This document shows, one piece after another, positions 9,277 through 19,384 of a stretch of 64,000 nucleotides of DNA. Origin of the DNA: Thainema sp. (GTDB lineage Bacteria > Cyanobacteriota > Cyanobacteriia > Phormidesmidales > Phormidesmidaceae); assembly GCA_052168235.1 (NCBI GenBank), contig JBQLZK010000012.1, positions 32,001-96,000 on the forward strand, read 5' to 3'. Made by a program: the position numbers and the translations under genes. Below the pieces are notes generated by a model, which worked only from the letters and a program-made list of their open reading frames with translations, ran no database searches and was not told the DNA's origin. Numbering within the stretch: position 1 is the stretch's first letter; the number at the start of each line of letters is the position of its first letter.

Positions 9277-10740
9277 ATGCAGATACACACTCCAGATTGG
9301 GTCAAACACGCCGTTTTTTATCAAATTTTTCCCGATCGCTTTGCCCGTAGTAGTCGCTCCCATCCAGATTCGATTCGTGAGATCACATTTGAAGACTGGG
9401 ATGTTGACCCTACGCTCCAGGGCTACAAGGGTGGCGATCTGTGGGGTGTTGTGGACAAGCTTGACTATCTGCAAGACTTAGGGATCAACGCCATTTATTT
9501 CACGCCAATTTTCCAATCCACCGCCAACCATCGCTATCACACCCACGACTACTATCAGGTTGATCCAATTCTGGGTGGTGACCCAGCCTTCTTTGAACTG
9601 CTCGAAGCGGCCCATCAGCGAGATATCAAAGTCGTGTTAGACGGCGTGTTTAACCACACGGGACGAGGGTTCTACTTTTTTAATGACATTCTCGAAAATG
9701 GCCCCTATTCTCCTTGGTTGCACTGGTTCAAGATTGAAGGTTGGCCCTTATCTGCTTATGATGGCAATTTCCCGGCTAACTATGTCGGCTGGGTCGGCAA
9801 TCGGGCACTGCCAGAGTTTAATCACGACAATCCAGCGGTGCGCGAGTACATTATGCGGGTGGGAGAATACTGGGTTAAGGCTGGCATAGATGGCTGGCGA
9901 TTAGATGTGGCGTTCGAAATTGAAACGCCTGGATTTTGGCAAGAATTTCGCGATCGCATCAAAGCTATTAATCCCGAAGCCTACATCGTGGGCGAAGTCT
10001 GGACCGATTCGCGCCAGTGGCTGGACGGCACCCAGTTTGACGGCGTGATGAACTATCTCTTCACAGGCCCAACAATGGCCTTCACCGCTGGCGATCGAGT
10101 CCAGCGAGAATACGTTGAAATTCCCGATTATTATCCTTATCCAGCTTTGGATGCGGCTGGCTATGCTGACAAGATTAAATCGCTCCTCCAGCTTTATCCG
10201 TGGGAAATCCAGCTCACTCAGTTGAACCTACTCTCCAGCCACGATACGGCTCGCATCCTGACGATTGTGGATCACGATCATGCCAGTGTAGAGCTGTCTA
10301 CGCTGCTAACGCTGACATTTCCCGGTGCGCCCAGCATTTACTACGGTGATGAAGTCGGCTTGCCCGGTGGTCTTGACCCCGATTCACGCCGAGTCTTCCC
10401 GAAACTGGAGAAATGGAACCAGGATTTATACAACTGTCACAAACAGCTTATTGCCTTACGTCATGCCCATCCGGCCCTGAGGACAGGCGATTATCACGTC
10501 CTGTTAGCAGACGGACTGCTGTATGTCTTTTTGCGATCGCTACCTGACGAAGAAATCATCGTCGCCGTCAATGCTGGCACTGAAACCGCAACGGCATCGG
10601 TTGCAATCAAGAATTTGCCGCTCAAAACCCAGCCCAGCCAAACCCTGTACGGAAAAGGGCAGTTAACCTACACAGACGACAGCGGGGAAACGCATTTGAG
10701 TGTGGAGGTTGCACCAAGAGCCGGGCTGATTGTTGGGTAG
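9277..10740 (+). CDS. GH13 alpha-amylase family (neopullulanase/cyclomaltodextrinase-like)
   Basis: FYQIFPDRF, GGDLWG, DGVFNH, DGWRLDVA, GEVW, SSHD, IYYGDE. Confidence 0.92.
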   Translation: MQIHTPDWVKHAVFYQIFPDRFARSSRSHPDSIREITFEDWDVDPTLQGYKGGDLWGVVDKLDYLQDLGINAIYFTPIFQSTANHRYHTHDYYQVDPILGGDPAFFELLEAAHQRDIKVVLDGVFNHTGRGFYFFNDILENGPYSPWLHWFKIEGWPLSAYDGNFPANYVGWVGNRALPEFNHDNPAVREYIMRVGEYWVKAGIDGWRLDVAFEIETPGFWQEFRDRIKAINPEAYIVGEVWTDSRQWLDGTQFDGVMNYLFTGPTMAFTAGDRVQREYVEIPDYYPYPALDAAGYADKIKSLLQLYPWEIQLTQLNLLSSHDTARILTIVDHDHASVELSTLLTLTFPGAPSIYYGDEVGLPGGLDPDSRRVFPKLEKWNQDLYNCHKQLIALRHAHPALRTGDYHVLLADGLLYVFLRSLPDEEIIVAVNAGTETATASVAIKNLPLKTQPSQTLYGKGQLTYTDDSGETHLSVEVAPRAGLIVG

Positions 10741-10844
10741 GAGTAAGAACTGTAGAAGCAGTCTGTACGGGTTGTAGAGGGTGCCATGCTAAAGGGTGTC
10801 AAGGAAAAGGGAAGTAAGGATTCAAATGCCCGAATCCCGTTTAC

Positions 10845-10886
10845 CCATCTACTCTCCCACCCATCCACTCATCCACCCTCCCACTC
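10845..10886. repeat. Degenerate CCCATCCA/CCCACTC short tandem repeats (STRR-like) between convergent genes
   Basis: cccatctactctcccacccatccactcatccaccctcccactc. Confidence 0.55.
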
Positions 10887-11346
10887 ACACAATCCACAAA
10901 TAAACAACCGATTCCTCCTCCGTCTGAGTCATGTAAATCACCTGATCCGGTGCCCAACCTTCGATGTCGAAGTGATGGGAAACGATACGGGTGCCAGGAC
11001 GGAGCTGTTTTAGCTTGGGTTGCAACCGCAGATTCAAATGAGGCAGCAAGTACAGGGTGACAACCGTGGCATCCTGAAAATCCGCTTCGAATAAATTCTC
11101 CTGGCGGAACTGAATGCGATCGCACATGCCTGCCTGTTGCGCTGCCCTTTGGCACTGCTGAATGCGCTCTGGGTCAATGTCGATGCCGACACCCCGTGCG
11201 CCAAATCGCTGTGCGGCTGTGATCAGCACCCGTCCGTCCCCACAACCCAGGTCATAGATCAGATCATTAGATTCAACCCCTGCAACGCTCAGCATCATAT
11301 CAACGGCAAGTTGGGGTGTCGGAATGTAGCCAATATCGGGTTTCAT
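10885..11346 (-). CDS. Class I SAM-dependent methyltransferase
   Basis: YIPTP, YDLGCGDGR, GVGIDID, TVVTLYL, GTRIVSH; ATGA overlap with the upstream gene. Confidence 0.88.
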   Translation of the reverse strand: MKPDIGYIPTPQLAVDMMLSVAGVESNDLIYDLGCGDGRVLITAAQRFGARGVGIDIDPERIQQCQRAAQQAGMCDRIQFRQENLFEADFQDATVVTLYLLPHLNLRLQPKLKQLRPGTRIVSHHFDIEGWAPDQVIYMTQTEEESVVYLWIV

Positions 11347-12716
11347 CGTTCAATACGGCCTTGCCACTCCAGCTTTTTCTCGGCTGAGTTGTTACCTAGC
11401 GATCGTCTCGCCATCACTTCAATCTCAACATACGTACCAGGCGTTAGATACTCTGCATCAATCGGCAAGCGACCAATGTCAATTACAAAGCGGTTGTGGT
11501 TGCGCTGCACCAAATCGGCGGGAACGGTTCCCTCATACCGCGTGCGATAGCGGGACGGGCGACGACGGCCACCTTCTCCAACTCGATAGCTGACGGTGAA
11601 GTCCGTTGCCACAATGTCGGACTTGCTGGCCAAATCCACCACGGCAAACGAAAGATCTTGACTCCAGCCGCTGACCTCGGCAATATCGAGATCGGTTGCT
11701 TCCTCAGCTCGAATCAGATTTGCGATCGCAACCGTGGTCAAATTACCGTTGCTCTCCGTCTGCGCATCAACCCACAAATCATCGGTAAAGTCCACAAAAA
11801 TCTGCTGGTTTTCCGTCAGCTCCACCGTCGCATTCTGGTTAAGGTAAGGAGTGATGGACTGATCCGTATCCCAAACCACCTGCACCTGTTTTTCCACTCG
11901 TCCGGCAAACTCGCGATATTCGTCGTTTACCACTGAACCAGTAGCCAGTAGCGCCGCTGCGCCTCGCTGCGTCCGCCAGAGATTACGGGACAGATTCAAA
12001 GTGCGATCGCTTAAGTCACTCAGCCGAATTGTTTGAGTCGGGGCATCAGCCGCCAGCGGCTCAAGCTGATTGATCACCGTCAGCATTCCCGCTCGTCCCC
12101 GTGCCCCGTCGCTCCCCATCCGACCATCGCGCCCATCCTGACCATCCGTACAGGTGTAGCGTTCTGTCCGACAGTTGCCGTTATTACAGGTTTCCACTTC
12201 CCAACTGCGGTCATAGCAGTTACAGCCATCGGTGCCGCGTCCACCGCGCCCACCGCGTCCGCTCACGCCGCCTTCGGCCTGAACATAGACCCGTCGTAGC
12301 GCACTGGGGTCGTTGTAGTAAACGGTAACGTTGCCGCCGCTACCGCCATTGCCGCCACGACCACCATCGCCGCCATTACCACCATCGGCTGCCCGCAGGT
12401 TGTAGCGCACCCCGCTAGCTTGCCGCTGACAGTTGGGATAGCCTGCATCTTGACCATCACTGCCATCGCTGCCTGCTTCTCCCATCGTTTCCACACGAAT
12501 ATCGCTGCCAGTGGCCGTCACGTTGCGTTCCGAACCGGATCGTCCATCACGACCTTCCCGACCATGATTTCCATCCCAGGCATCTCGCCCAAATTCACGG
12601 GTTTCCTGCGCCCAAGCAATACCAAAGCAACGTAAGGTCGGCGATGCGATCGCAATCGAACTTGCAACAGCCAACAGACCAGCCGATGCAGCCAGCGATT
12701 TTGTCCAGCGGCTCAT
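11343..12716 (-). CDS. Secreted collagen-like (Gly-X-X) protein
   Basis: Signal peptide; several G-x-x runs (GNHGREGRDGRSG; GGNGGDGGRGGNGGSGG); Cys-rich segment. Confidence 0.75.
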   Translation of the reverse strand: MSRWTKSLAASAGLLAVASSIAIASPTLRCFGIAWAQETREFGRDAWDGNHGREGRDGRSGSERNVTATGSDIRVETMGEAGSDGSDGQDAGYPNCQRQASGVRYNLRAADGGNGGDGGRGGNGGSGGNVTVYYNDPSALRRVYVQAEGGVSGRGGRGGRGTDGCNCYDRSWEVETCNNGNCRTERYTCTDGQDGRDGRMGSDGARGRAGMLTVINQLEPLAADAPTQTIRLSDLSDRTLNLSRNLWRTQRGAAALLATGSVVNDEYREFAGRVEKQVQVVWDTDQSITPYLNQNATVELTENQQIFVDFTDDLWVDAQTESNGNLTTVAIANLIRAEEATDLDIAEVSGWSQDLSFAVVDLASKSDIVATDFTVSYRVGEGGRRRPSRYRTRYEGTVPADLVQRNHNRFVIDIGRLPIDAEYLTPGTYVEIEVMARRSLGNNSAEKKLEWQGRIER

Positions 12717-12863
12717 ACAGTCTTTCTCCTCTTCTATGGCACAGCCGTCTAGGCTGTCCTCCTTTGGTGAGTAAGGTCATCCTCTTAGGTTCAGAGCACG
12801 CTCTAAACCCAATTGATCATTCCCAAATTGTCTAAGTAGGTTGGCATAAATAAACGCATCTAG

Positions 12864-12904
12864 AAAACCGGGGGAGCACTCCGGAGGGGTGCTCCCCCGG
12901 TTTT
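12864..12904. repeat. GC-rich hairpin with A/T tails between divergent genes
   Basis: AAAACCGGGGGAGCAC-tccggaggg-GTGCTCCCCCGGTTTT; imperfect pairing extends into the flanks (~12845-12928). Confidence 0.75.
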
Positions 12905-13174
12905 TTAGATATGCATTTATTTATATGCGGCTACTTAATCAATACCAAATCCGACTAGAAAGAACCCGAATTACTTTTTGTAAAAGCTGGTTTCTCCGAG
13001 TGGATTTCTTTCGTGTAATGACGCAGTCTCTATTTCAAAAGATCCATCGCAGCGGCAGCCTTACCGGAAAATTTGCTTTCAAGCTTTATGATTCTTCCAC
13101 TGAAAAACGCCGTGACTGTAAAAGACGGCAACAAAATGGCACAATGCGATTTTATTGGGTAGGTTGAAACGCTC

Positions 13175-13516
13175 ATGGATTACGCCACTGCTCACGATTT
13201 CATCCTGACTCAGGGTGCTGACTTCGAGAAATCGACTGAAACCTTTCTGCAACGGCTGCGACAGGGCCAGCCACCGATTCCGGGGCAGGTCACCTCACTG
13301 CTGCTAGCGCTTAAGGTCATGTTTGAAGGATTGCAGCAGGCTGAGCAGTTGGATCGCAGGTTGGTGTATGGCCTCTACATGCTGGCCAATGAAAGCCGCT
13401 ATTTGTATGAACAGGGCAAGCGTCAGGGGGTAATTTGGCCTCCGCTGCTGGACGAAGATCTGGGCCGAATTGCGAAGGCGGTTCGGAGCATCTTCTCTGG
13501 AACGTGGGAAAGCTAG
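13175..13516 (+). CDS. Small cyanobacterial protein of unknown function
   Basis: 113 aa; PPIPGQVTSLLLALK and WPPLLDEDLGRIA resemble a family often labelled dethiobiotin synthetase, but it has no P-loop. Confidence 0.7.
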   Translation: MDYATAHDFILTQGADFEKSTETFLQRLRQGQPPIPGQVTSLLLALKVMFEGLQQAEQLDRRLVYGLYMLANESRYLYEQGKRQGVIWPPLLDEDLGRIAKAVRSIFSGTWES

Positions 13517-13729
13517 CAATAGGTGCTTATGTAATAGGTACTTACTACTTACATAGATGGCCCGTCCGTGTAATGGTGATTGATGTAGCGGTTCGAGTAC
13601 ATTGCAATTGTTACAGTAGGTTGGAATAGATTGGCGACCAGTCGTTGACCCACTGGATTGACTCGGTTTCCATCGCTGATTTCGATTAATCGATTTCGTA
13701 GATGTCACTCAACTAAACGCTCAAGATTT

Positions 13730-14473
13730 GTGAACAAGATTTTAACGATTGTCCATCAAGAAACATCAAAACCTGGATTAGTCGGCGAGGTTCTGACCCA
13801 GCGCGGATATGAGTTGGAGTCGCGCTGTATTGCAATCGGAGACTCGCTACCGCAGACCGTGGATGAGTACGCAGCGGTCATTGTCTTCGGTGGGCCGATG
13901 AGCGCTAATGATGACCATGAACCCTATATCCGCGCTGAACTGGACTGGATTCCGACCGTTTTGGCAGCGGATAAGCCCTATTTGGGCATTTGCTTAGGAG
14001 CGCAGTTGCTTGCACGGGTACTCGGAGCCAACGTGCGGCCTCATCCCCACGATCAGCGAGAGATTGGCTATTATCCGATTTCGCCTGCCGCCAAGGTGCC
14101 TGAGTTTCGGCAATCGATGCACGTCTATCACTGGCATGGCGAAGGGTTTGAGCTGCCTAAGGATGCGGTGCTACTCGCTCAAGGCGGCGGGGCGTTTCCC
14201 AATCAGGCATTTCGCTATGGTCAACGGGCTTACGGCTTCCAGTTCCACCCCGAAATTACAGCCGACATGATTGACTTCTGGACAACCAATGGAGCCGATC
14301 AGCTCGATTTACCCGGTGCGCAGCCGCGCGATTTGCATTTTGCTAACCATCAGCAGTATGGCCATACGGTTGAACGCTGGCTCCATGCGTTTTTAGATCG
14401 CTGGTTAGGAATTGCCACCGATACGTCGGCTCATTCTCCCGTCACGATGCGATCGCTGCGTCAATCTGCTTAA
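13730..14473 (+). CDS. Type 1 glutamine amidotransferase-like protein
   Basis: GGPMS, LGICLGAQL (Cys nucleophile), WHGE, FQFHPE; probable GTG start. Confidence 0.88.
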   Translation: MNKILTIVHQETSKPGLVGEVLTQRGYELESRCIAIGDSLPQTVDEYAAVIVFGGPMSANDDHEPYIRAELDWIPTVLAADKPYLGICLGAQLLARVLGANVRPHPHDQREIGYYPISPAAKVPEFRQSMHVYHWHGEGFELPKDAVLLAQGGGAFPNQAFRYGQRAYGFQFHPEITADMIDFWTTNGADQLDLPGAQPRDLHFANHQQYGHTVERWLHAFLDRWLGIATDTSAHSPVTMRSLRQSA

Positions 14474-15032
14474 GCAAGTCGTCAACATCAGTGCGATTGT
14501 CCAACACTACATCGGCCTGATCCATCTTCTGCTCAATTGGCATTTGGCTCTGAATCCGCGACGTGGCCTGCTCCTGAGAAAGTTGATCTCGCTCCATTAA
14601 CCGCTGGATCTGCTGGCTGCGATCGCACATTACCACCCAAATTTCCGTTACCAAATGGGTCAAGTTGGCTTCAAACAGCAGCGGAATCGACATGACGATG
14701 GCGGGTTGATCGGTCAAATCCTGGGCATCCTGCAACATGCGATCGCGCACGTAGGGATGAATCTGCTGCTCCAGCCAGCGGCGCTCGTCCGGCTGCTGAA
14801 ATACGATATCCCCCAATTGCCGCCGATCTAAACTGCCGTCTGGCTGAAGGATATCCTCACCATAGCGCTGGGCAATCTGCTGCAAAATGGGTGATCCAAC
14901 TTCAACCGCTTGCCGCGCGTAGAGATCGGCATCCAGCACGGGTAGATGATACTGGCCGGCCAAATAGTTGGAGACGGTACTTTTGCCCATCCCCACGCCC
15001 CCCGTCAATCCAATGATCCGCTGACTTGTCAT
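14442..15032 (-). CDS. coaE: Dephospho-CoA kinase
   Basis: IGLTGGVGMGKST P-loop, LDAD, LDRRQLGDIVF, IHP, IPLLFE. Confidence 0.93.
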   Translation of the reverse strand: MTSQRIIGLTGGVGMGKSTVSNYLAGQYHLPVLDADLYARQAVEVGSPILQQIAQRYGEDILQPDGSLDRRQLGDIVFQQPDERRWLEQQIHPYVRDRMLQDAQDLTDQPAIVMSIPLLFEANLTHLVTEIWVVMCDRSQQIQRLMERDQLSQEQATSRIQSQMPIEQKMDQADVVLDNRTDVDDLLKQIDAAIAS

Positions 15033-15066
15033 TTCAACTACTAGTCTGCCAACTGTATTTTGATGG

Positions 15067-15117
15067 GTTGTGATGGTTGATGGGCCGCGCGAAGCGCGGC
15101 CCATCAACCATCACAAC
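15067..15117. repeat. Perfect 24-bp-arm palindrome, GAA loop
   Basis: GTTGTGATGGTTGATGGGCCGCGC-gaa-GCGCGGCCCATCAACCATCACAAC. Confidence 0.9.
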
Positions 15118-15132
15118 TTATTGGGCATAGTA

Positions 15133-15525
15133 CTACTTCTGGTGAAACCGTCGATACAGCATGGCCTGAATGGGTTGACCATCCCGCAAATGACGTTGAA
15201 CAATGGCAGGCACTTCTGCGACCTGCACCCGTTCGTACCAAATTTGATCCGGCAGCACCAGTACCATTGGCCCGCTGCCGCACTGTCCCAAACAGCGGCG
15301 ACCTTCGAGTTCAACATCAACGTCGGCATCTGCGATCGCAGTTTCAAATGCCTTGAGAACATTGGCTGACCCAGCTTTGCGGCAGGCGGTATTTTGACAG
15401 ACGATTACTAGTTGCTTGTTGCGATCGCAGTTGGGATTGGAATTAGAGTTGCAGGTGGAACTGCGATCGCGGTCTGTCTCGCGTTGGCTGAATGGCTCAG
15501 CAGCAGCCATAACTATGCGCCTCAA
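15133..15525 (-). CDS. Thioredoxin-like (2Fe-2S) ferredoxin
   Basis: CQNTAC ... CLGQCGSGPMVLVLPDQIWY. Confidence 0.85.
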   Translation of the reverse strand: MRRIVMAAAEPFSQRETDRDRSSTCNSNSNPNCDRNKQLVIVCQNTACRKAGSANVLKAFETAIADADVDVELEGRRCLGQCGSGPMVLVLPDQIWYERVQVAEVPAIVQRHLRDGQPIQAMLYRRFHQK

Positions 15526-15580
15526 AATTCAGCATTATTGGTCAGCACTAGAACTGTGAATCAAATACGTTCGATATCAA

Positions 15581-15646
15581 GTAGGGGCGGGTTCAGCAGG
15601 CCAATCTACACCGTGTCCTAGAGTTGACGGCAAAAAACGCCCCTAC
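15581..15646. repeat. GTAG-type REP-like inverted repeat
   Basis: GTAGGGGCG(GGTT)...(AAAA)CGCCCCTAC just after the cysteine synthase stop. Confidence 0.65.
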
Positions 15647-15666
15647 AGTTGGCGGATTGATTAAAT

Positions 15667-16665
15667 TCACTTGATATACGCTCGACCAATTTCGGGCACT
15701 TCTAAATTGCGGGATGCCAGCCACTCGGCGCTATATAAGCGGGACTGGTAGCGACCGCCCCCGTCACACAGCACGGTCACAATCGTATGTCCCGGCCCCA
15801 TTTGCTTGGCGAGTTCAACCGCTGCGCCAACATTAATCCCGACCGAACCGCCCATGAACAAGCCCTCTTCATACAGCAGCCGATAGATCACCTCTAAAGC
15901 CATTGGGTCATCAACTTGAATGGCATCGTCGATCGGAACGCCTTCCATGTTGGCCGTAATCCGGCTGTTGCCAATTCCTTCCGTGACGGAGCTGCCTTCG
16001 GTGGAAATTTCCCCGGTTTTGACGTAGCTGTAGAGACCGCTGCCCATCGGGTCGGCCACCACGCAGCAAATATTGGGGTTCTTCTCTTTCAGAAACAGGG
16101 ACACTCCGGCATAGGTGCCACCCGTTCCTGTTGCAGCAACCCAGCCGTCAACTTTTCCGTCGGTTTGCTGCCAAATTTCCGGCCCAGTGGTGGCGTAGTG
16201 GGCTTGGCGATTAGCCAGATTATCGAACTGGTTGGCCCAAATGGCGTTTTCCATTTCCTCGGCCAGGCGACCGGACACCTTCACATAGTTATTCGGGTCG
16301 CGATAGGGCACCGCAGGCACGGTTTTTACTTCTGCCCCCAGGGTTCGCAGCATGTCAATTTTTTCCTGAGACTGGGTTTCAGGAATCACGATCATGCAGC
16401 GATAGCCTTTGGCATTACAAATATGGGCCAGGCCAATCCCGGTGTTCCCTGCCGTGCCTTCCACCACCGTGCCACCGGGCTTGAGCAATCCCTTTTCTTC
16501 GGCATCTTGAATGATAAACAGCGCGGCCCGATCCTTGACTGAGCCGCCAGGATTAAGAAACTCGGCCTTTCCTAAAATTTCGCACCCCGTTTCCTCGCTA
16601 TACCGATTGAGGCGAATGAGCGGGGTGTTGCCGACTGTGCCAACGAAACCGTCCGTGATCTGCAT
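15667..16665 (-). CDS. Cysteine synthase A family (O-acetylserine thiol-lyase)
   Basis: GNTPL, KAEFLNPGGSVKDR (PLP Lys), EGTAGNTGIG, NQFDN, GTGGT, EGIG. Confidence 0.92.
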   Translation of the reverse strand: MQITDGFVGTVGNTPLIRLNRYSEETGCEILGKAEFLNPGGSVKDRAALFIIQDAEEKGLLKPGGTVVEGTAGNTGIGLAHICNAKGYRCMIVIPETQSQEKIDMLRTLGAEVKTVPAVPYRDPNNYVKVSGRLAEEMENAIWANQFDNLANRQAHYATTGPEIWQQTDGKVDGWVAATGTGGTYAGVSLFLKEKNPNICCVVADPMGSGLYSYVKTGEISTEGSSVTEGIGNSRITANMEGVPIDDAIQVDDPMALEVIYRLLYEEGLFMGGSVGINVGAAVELAKQMGPGHTIVTVLCDGGGRYQSRLYSAEWLASRNLEVPEIGRAYIK

Positions 16666-16703
16666 TACTCAAGCACTATTGATGGACTACGACGTTAAGT
16701 GTT

Positions 16704-16804
16704 CTCACATCTTGCATCAAAACCCAGGAGGATTATTTTGCCGCCGCATCGCGGCGGCAAAATAATCGTTTTGGGTTCTCGATTAGCAAGGTGCAAGATA
16801 TGAG
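16704..16804 (-). mobile_element. ~101-bp MITE-like palindromic element, family B copy 1
   Basis: Terminal IRs CTCACATCTTGCA / TGCAAGATATGAG; core GATTATTTTGCCGCCGC-atc-GCGGCGGCAAAATAATC; reverse complement aligns with 48715-48818. Confidence 0.75.
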
Positions 16805-16928
16805 TATTCGAGCGATCGCACCTAACTATAAGTTTGCGACCTGCTCAGCGTTCCCTTCCTATCCTAAAGGCAAATTGAGCAAGGGATAACGCCATCCGGT
16901 TTTGATTGTACTGATATCTGGCATTGAG

Positions 16929-16970
16929 CAAAACCAAAACCCGGAGAGACGCCTGCCTCTCCGGGTTTTG
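16929..16970 (-). terminator. Intrinsic terminator of the GAF histidine kinase gene
   Basis: CAAAACCCGGAGAG-N8-CTCTCCGGGTTTTG, ~40 nt past the stop, with T-runs. Confidence 0.7.
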
Positions 16971-17008
16971 CCAAGTGTTGTTGTAATTGATTGGGGTACA
17001 GTTAGCAG

Positions 17009-19132
17009 TTATGCAATGGAACTTGCTTGGGGTTGATGAATTAACGGAATATTCAGCTTAAAGGTGGTTTCCCACAGGTCATCTGTGATGACAGTACTCT
17101 CGACGGTAATTTTGCCGTTTAGCTGCTGTACTAAACAATGCACCAGCGCTAATCCTAATCCCGTACCTTGAATCGCCTGCTTCAGCGCCGCCTGTCCCCG
17201 TCGAAATTTTTCAAATACGTAGGGCAATTCTTCGGCTGGGATACCCGTCCCTCGGTTGGTCAGCGTCAAATTCATCACGGCTACATCATCAATTGAGATG
17301 GGCTGGATTTGCAAATAAATGGCTTGTCCCCGCTGGGAATACTTGCTGGCGTTGGTCAGTAGCTCTCGCAGGACGCGGTGCAGGCTGGTGACATCGGTTC
17401 TCATCACCAGCGGCTGCTCCGGCAAATCGACCTGTAGCTCAACGTTTTTGGTATCCCATAGGGGACGATTGGCCCGGATAATGTCCTGAACGTAGGCATT
17501 CAAATTAATTTCTTGCAGCTCAGCCTGGAGCGGCTGCGATTCGATACTCTGAAGCGCCAACAGGTCATTGATCAGGTCAGTTTCCTGGGAACACTGCTGC
17601 TCCAAGATATCCAAATACGCCTGTCGGCGTTCCGGCGGCAGGTCAGTTTGGCGCAGCATCCGAGCAGCCAGACGCATACTGGTCAGCGGTGTCAGCAACT
17701 CATGACTAATCGTACTGAGAAAGTCGTCTTTCAACTGGTTTAGACGGCGCAGTTGATCAATTTGGCGGCGGGTTTGCTCATAAAGCTTACCCTGCACTTC
17801 AATGCTTCGTTCCAGTTGGGCCGTGCGCTTTTCGACCATTGACTGGACTTGGCGCAGGGTTTGCACCTGCAAAATGGCTCCACTGAGTTGAGTGGCTACC
17901 GTTTCAACCAGCGCACATTCGTCATCGTGCCAAGACCGCGCTCCTAAATCGTGTAGGACAATAAAGCCCAGGATCTTGCCCCGATTCTCAATCGGCGTGA
18001 TCAGTAAGGCACTGTCCATCTGGTCTTGATACCAGTGCTGAAAATATAAATCCTCGACTGGATTGAGCTGAACCGTTTGGTCAGCAGGCTGAGCCTGAAG
18101 TTCGGTAGCAGAATGACTGGCTAGATGAGCAGACTGGATGGGGGTAGCCTGTCGCGACTGCACAGCTAACGACCGAGGCGCAACTTGAATCGCTTGCTGA
18201 ATAATGTTGCACTTCGACACCGGAAACATTGGCGAGTTGTAGCCACTTGCGGTTCGGGCAGCGTTAGGGGGAATAGGGTTTGATGAAGATGAATAAGTAG
18301 CCTCAGCCGACCAGGTATGAGCCAGCCGAAACCGAATATTCGTGAAATCAGAGAGGGACTGCTGGAGCACGGGCTGGGAGTATTTCAACAGCAAAATTGA
18401 AGCGTGCTGAAGCGCAAGACTCTGTCCCAAGCCATCCAGTGCGATCGCAAAAATATGATCAATTTCAGTGGTATTACTGATACTCTGCGCCAGTTGATAA
18501 ACCAGTTGCTGCTGGTGGATTCGCTGTTCGCAGGTTCTCTGGTTGAGCAACTGAGTCAGAGTGGCTACCGTGGGCACTAGCAATTCCTGGGCTTGCTTTA
18601 GCTCAGCTTGGCTCCAATTGCTTGGAGTAGAGCGAACCAGGATAAACTGCGCCTGCCTAGTGGGTGTAATCTGAACTGGAGCTGAAAGCGCGATCGCAGT
18701 TGAGGCCGATGTATTCATGAAAACATCAGCATCGAGTTGACAACTGCTTAACGTGATCTCAAAGTTTGCTACGTCTGAATATGAAATACTGGGTGAAGCG
18801 GCTTGTCCCCGCGCAATTTCAGGATTTGAGGCACTGCCTGATGCGTTATTTGATCTGCCGATCTGACCGATCATTTGCCGTACCATTGCCAAGCCTGCAA
18901 CAATAGATGCGTCAGGTATGTCATCCACCTTCCTATCGGTAGTTGAATGCCATTGAACACAGCGTTGAGATGGCGGTGAAGTTGTCAGATGCTGGGAGTC
19001 TTCTAAAACCACATAGACAGATTGTACCCGCAGTGCTTGGCCGAGTAGCGCAACAGCGGGTTGAATGGATTGCAAATTTTGACCCGCTGCAACAGTCTTC
19101 ATTGGCCAAGATAAAGGGGATGGAATGAACAT
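17009..19132 (-). CDS. GAF-domain sensor histidine kinase
   Basis: GAF (LLITPIENRGKILGFIVLH), H-box FLSTISHELLTPL, ELLTNASKY, GTGLGLA. Confidence 0.88.
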   Translation of the reverse strand: MFIPSPLSWPMKTVAAGQNLQSIQPAVALLGQALRVQSVYVVLEDSQHLTTSPPSQRCVQWHSTTDRKVDDIPDASIVAGLAMVRQMIGQIGRSNNASGSASNPEIARGQAASPSISYSDVANFEITLSSCQLDADVFMNTSASTAIALSAPVQITPTRQAQFILVRSTPSNWSQAELKQAQELLVPTVATLTQLLNQRTCEQRIHQQQLVYQLAQSISNTTEIDHIFAIALDGLGQSLALQHASILLLKYSQPVLQQSLSDFTNIRFRLAHTWSAEATYSSSSNPIPPNAARTASGYNSPMFPVSKCNIIQQAIQVAPRSLAVQSRQATPIQSAHLASHSATELQAQPADQTVQLNPVEDLYFQHWYQDQMDSALLITPIENRGKILGFIVLHDLGARSWHDDECALVETVATQLSGAILQVQTLRQVQSMVEKRTAQLERSIEVQGKLYEQTRRQIDQLRRLNQLKDDFLSTISHELLTPLTSMRLAARMLRQTDLPPERRQAYLDILEQQCSQETDLINDLLALQSIESQPLQAELQEINLNAYVQDIIRANRPLWDTKNVELQVDLPEQPLVMRTDVTSLHRVLRELLTNASKYSQRGQAIYLQIQPISIDDVAVMNLTLTNRGTGIPAEELPYVFEKFRRGQAALKQAIQGTGLGLALVHCLVQQLNGKITVESTVITDDLWETTFKLNIPLIHQPQASSIA

Positions 19133-19384
19133 GGGGCACCGATACGCTTGAATTCAGATGCCTAGCTGTGGCTAGAAACGCCACAGGCCACATACTGTCT
19201 ACAGACTACTATTCCCAAGTTGGCTTCGATATCCGTGTTTTCCCTAGATATCAGTACTCTTATCAACAAACTCTTGCTAAAGATAGAGTCTCATTTATGA
19301 GACGACCAACAAAAGTAAATTTTTTACGACGAAGTAATAAAGAATGTACTGATTCAGCTAGATGCTGCTGTCGAGTACCCGTCG

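Noticed and set aside
12889..13167. 92-aa ORF
   Set aside because: Starts inside a hairpin and has no protein-like features; probably promoter region
13175..13516. Calling this bioD
   Set aside because: Too short and lacks the P-loop of dethiobiotin synthetase
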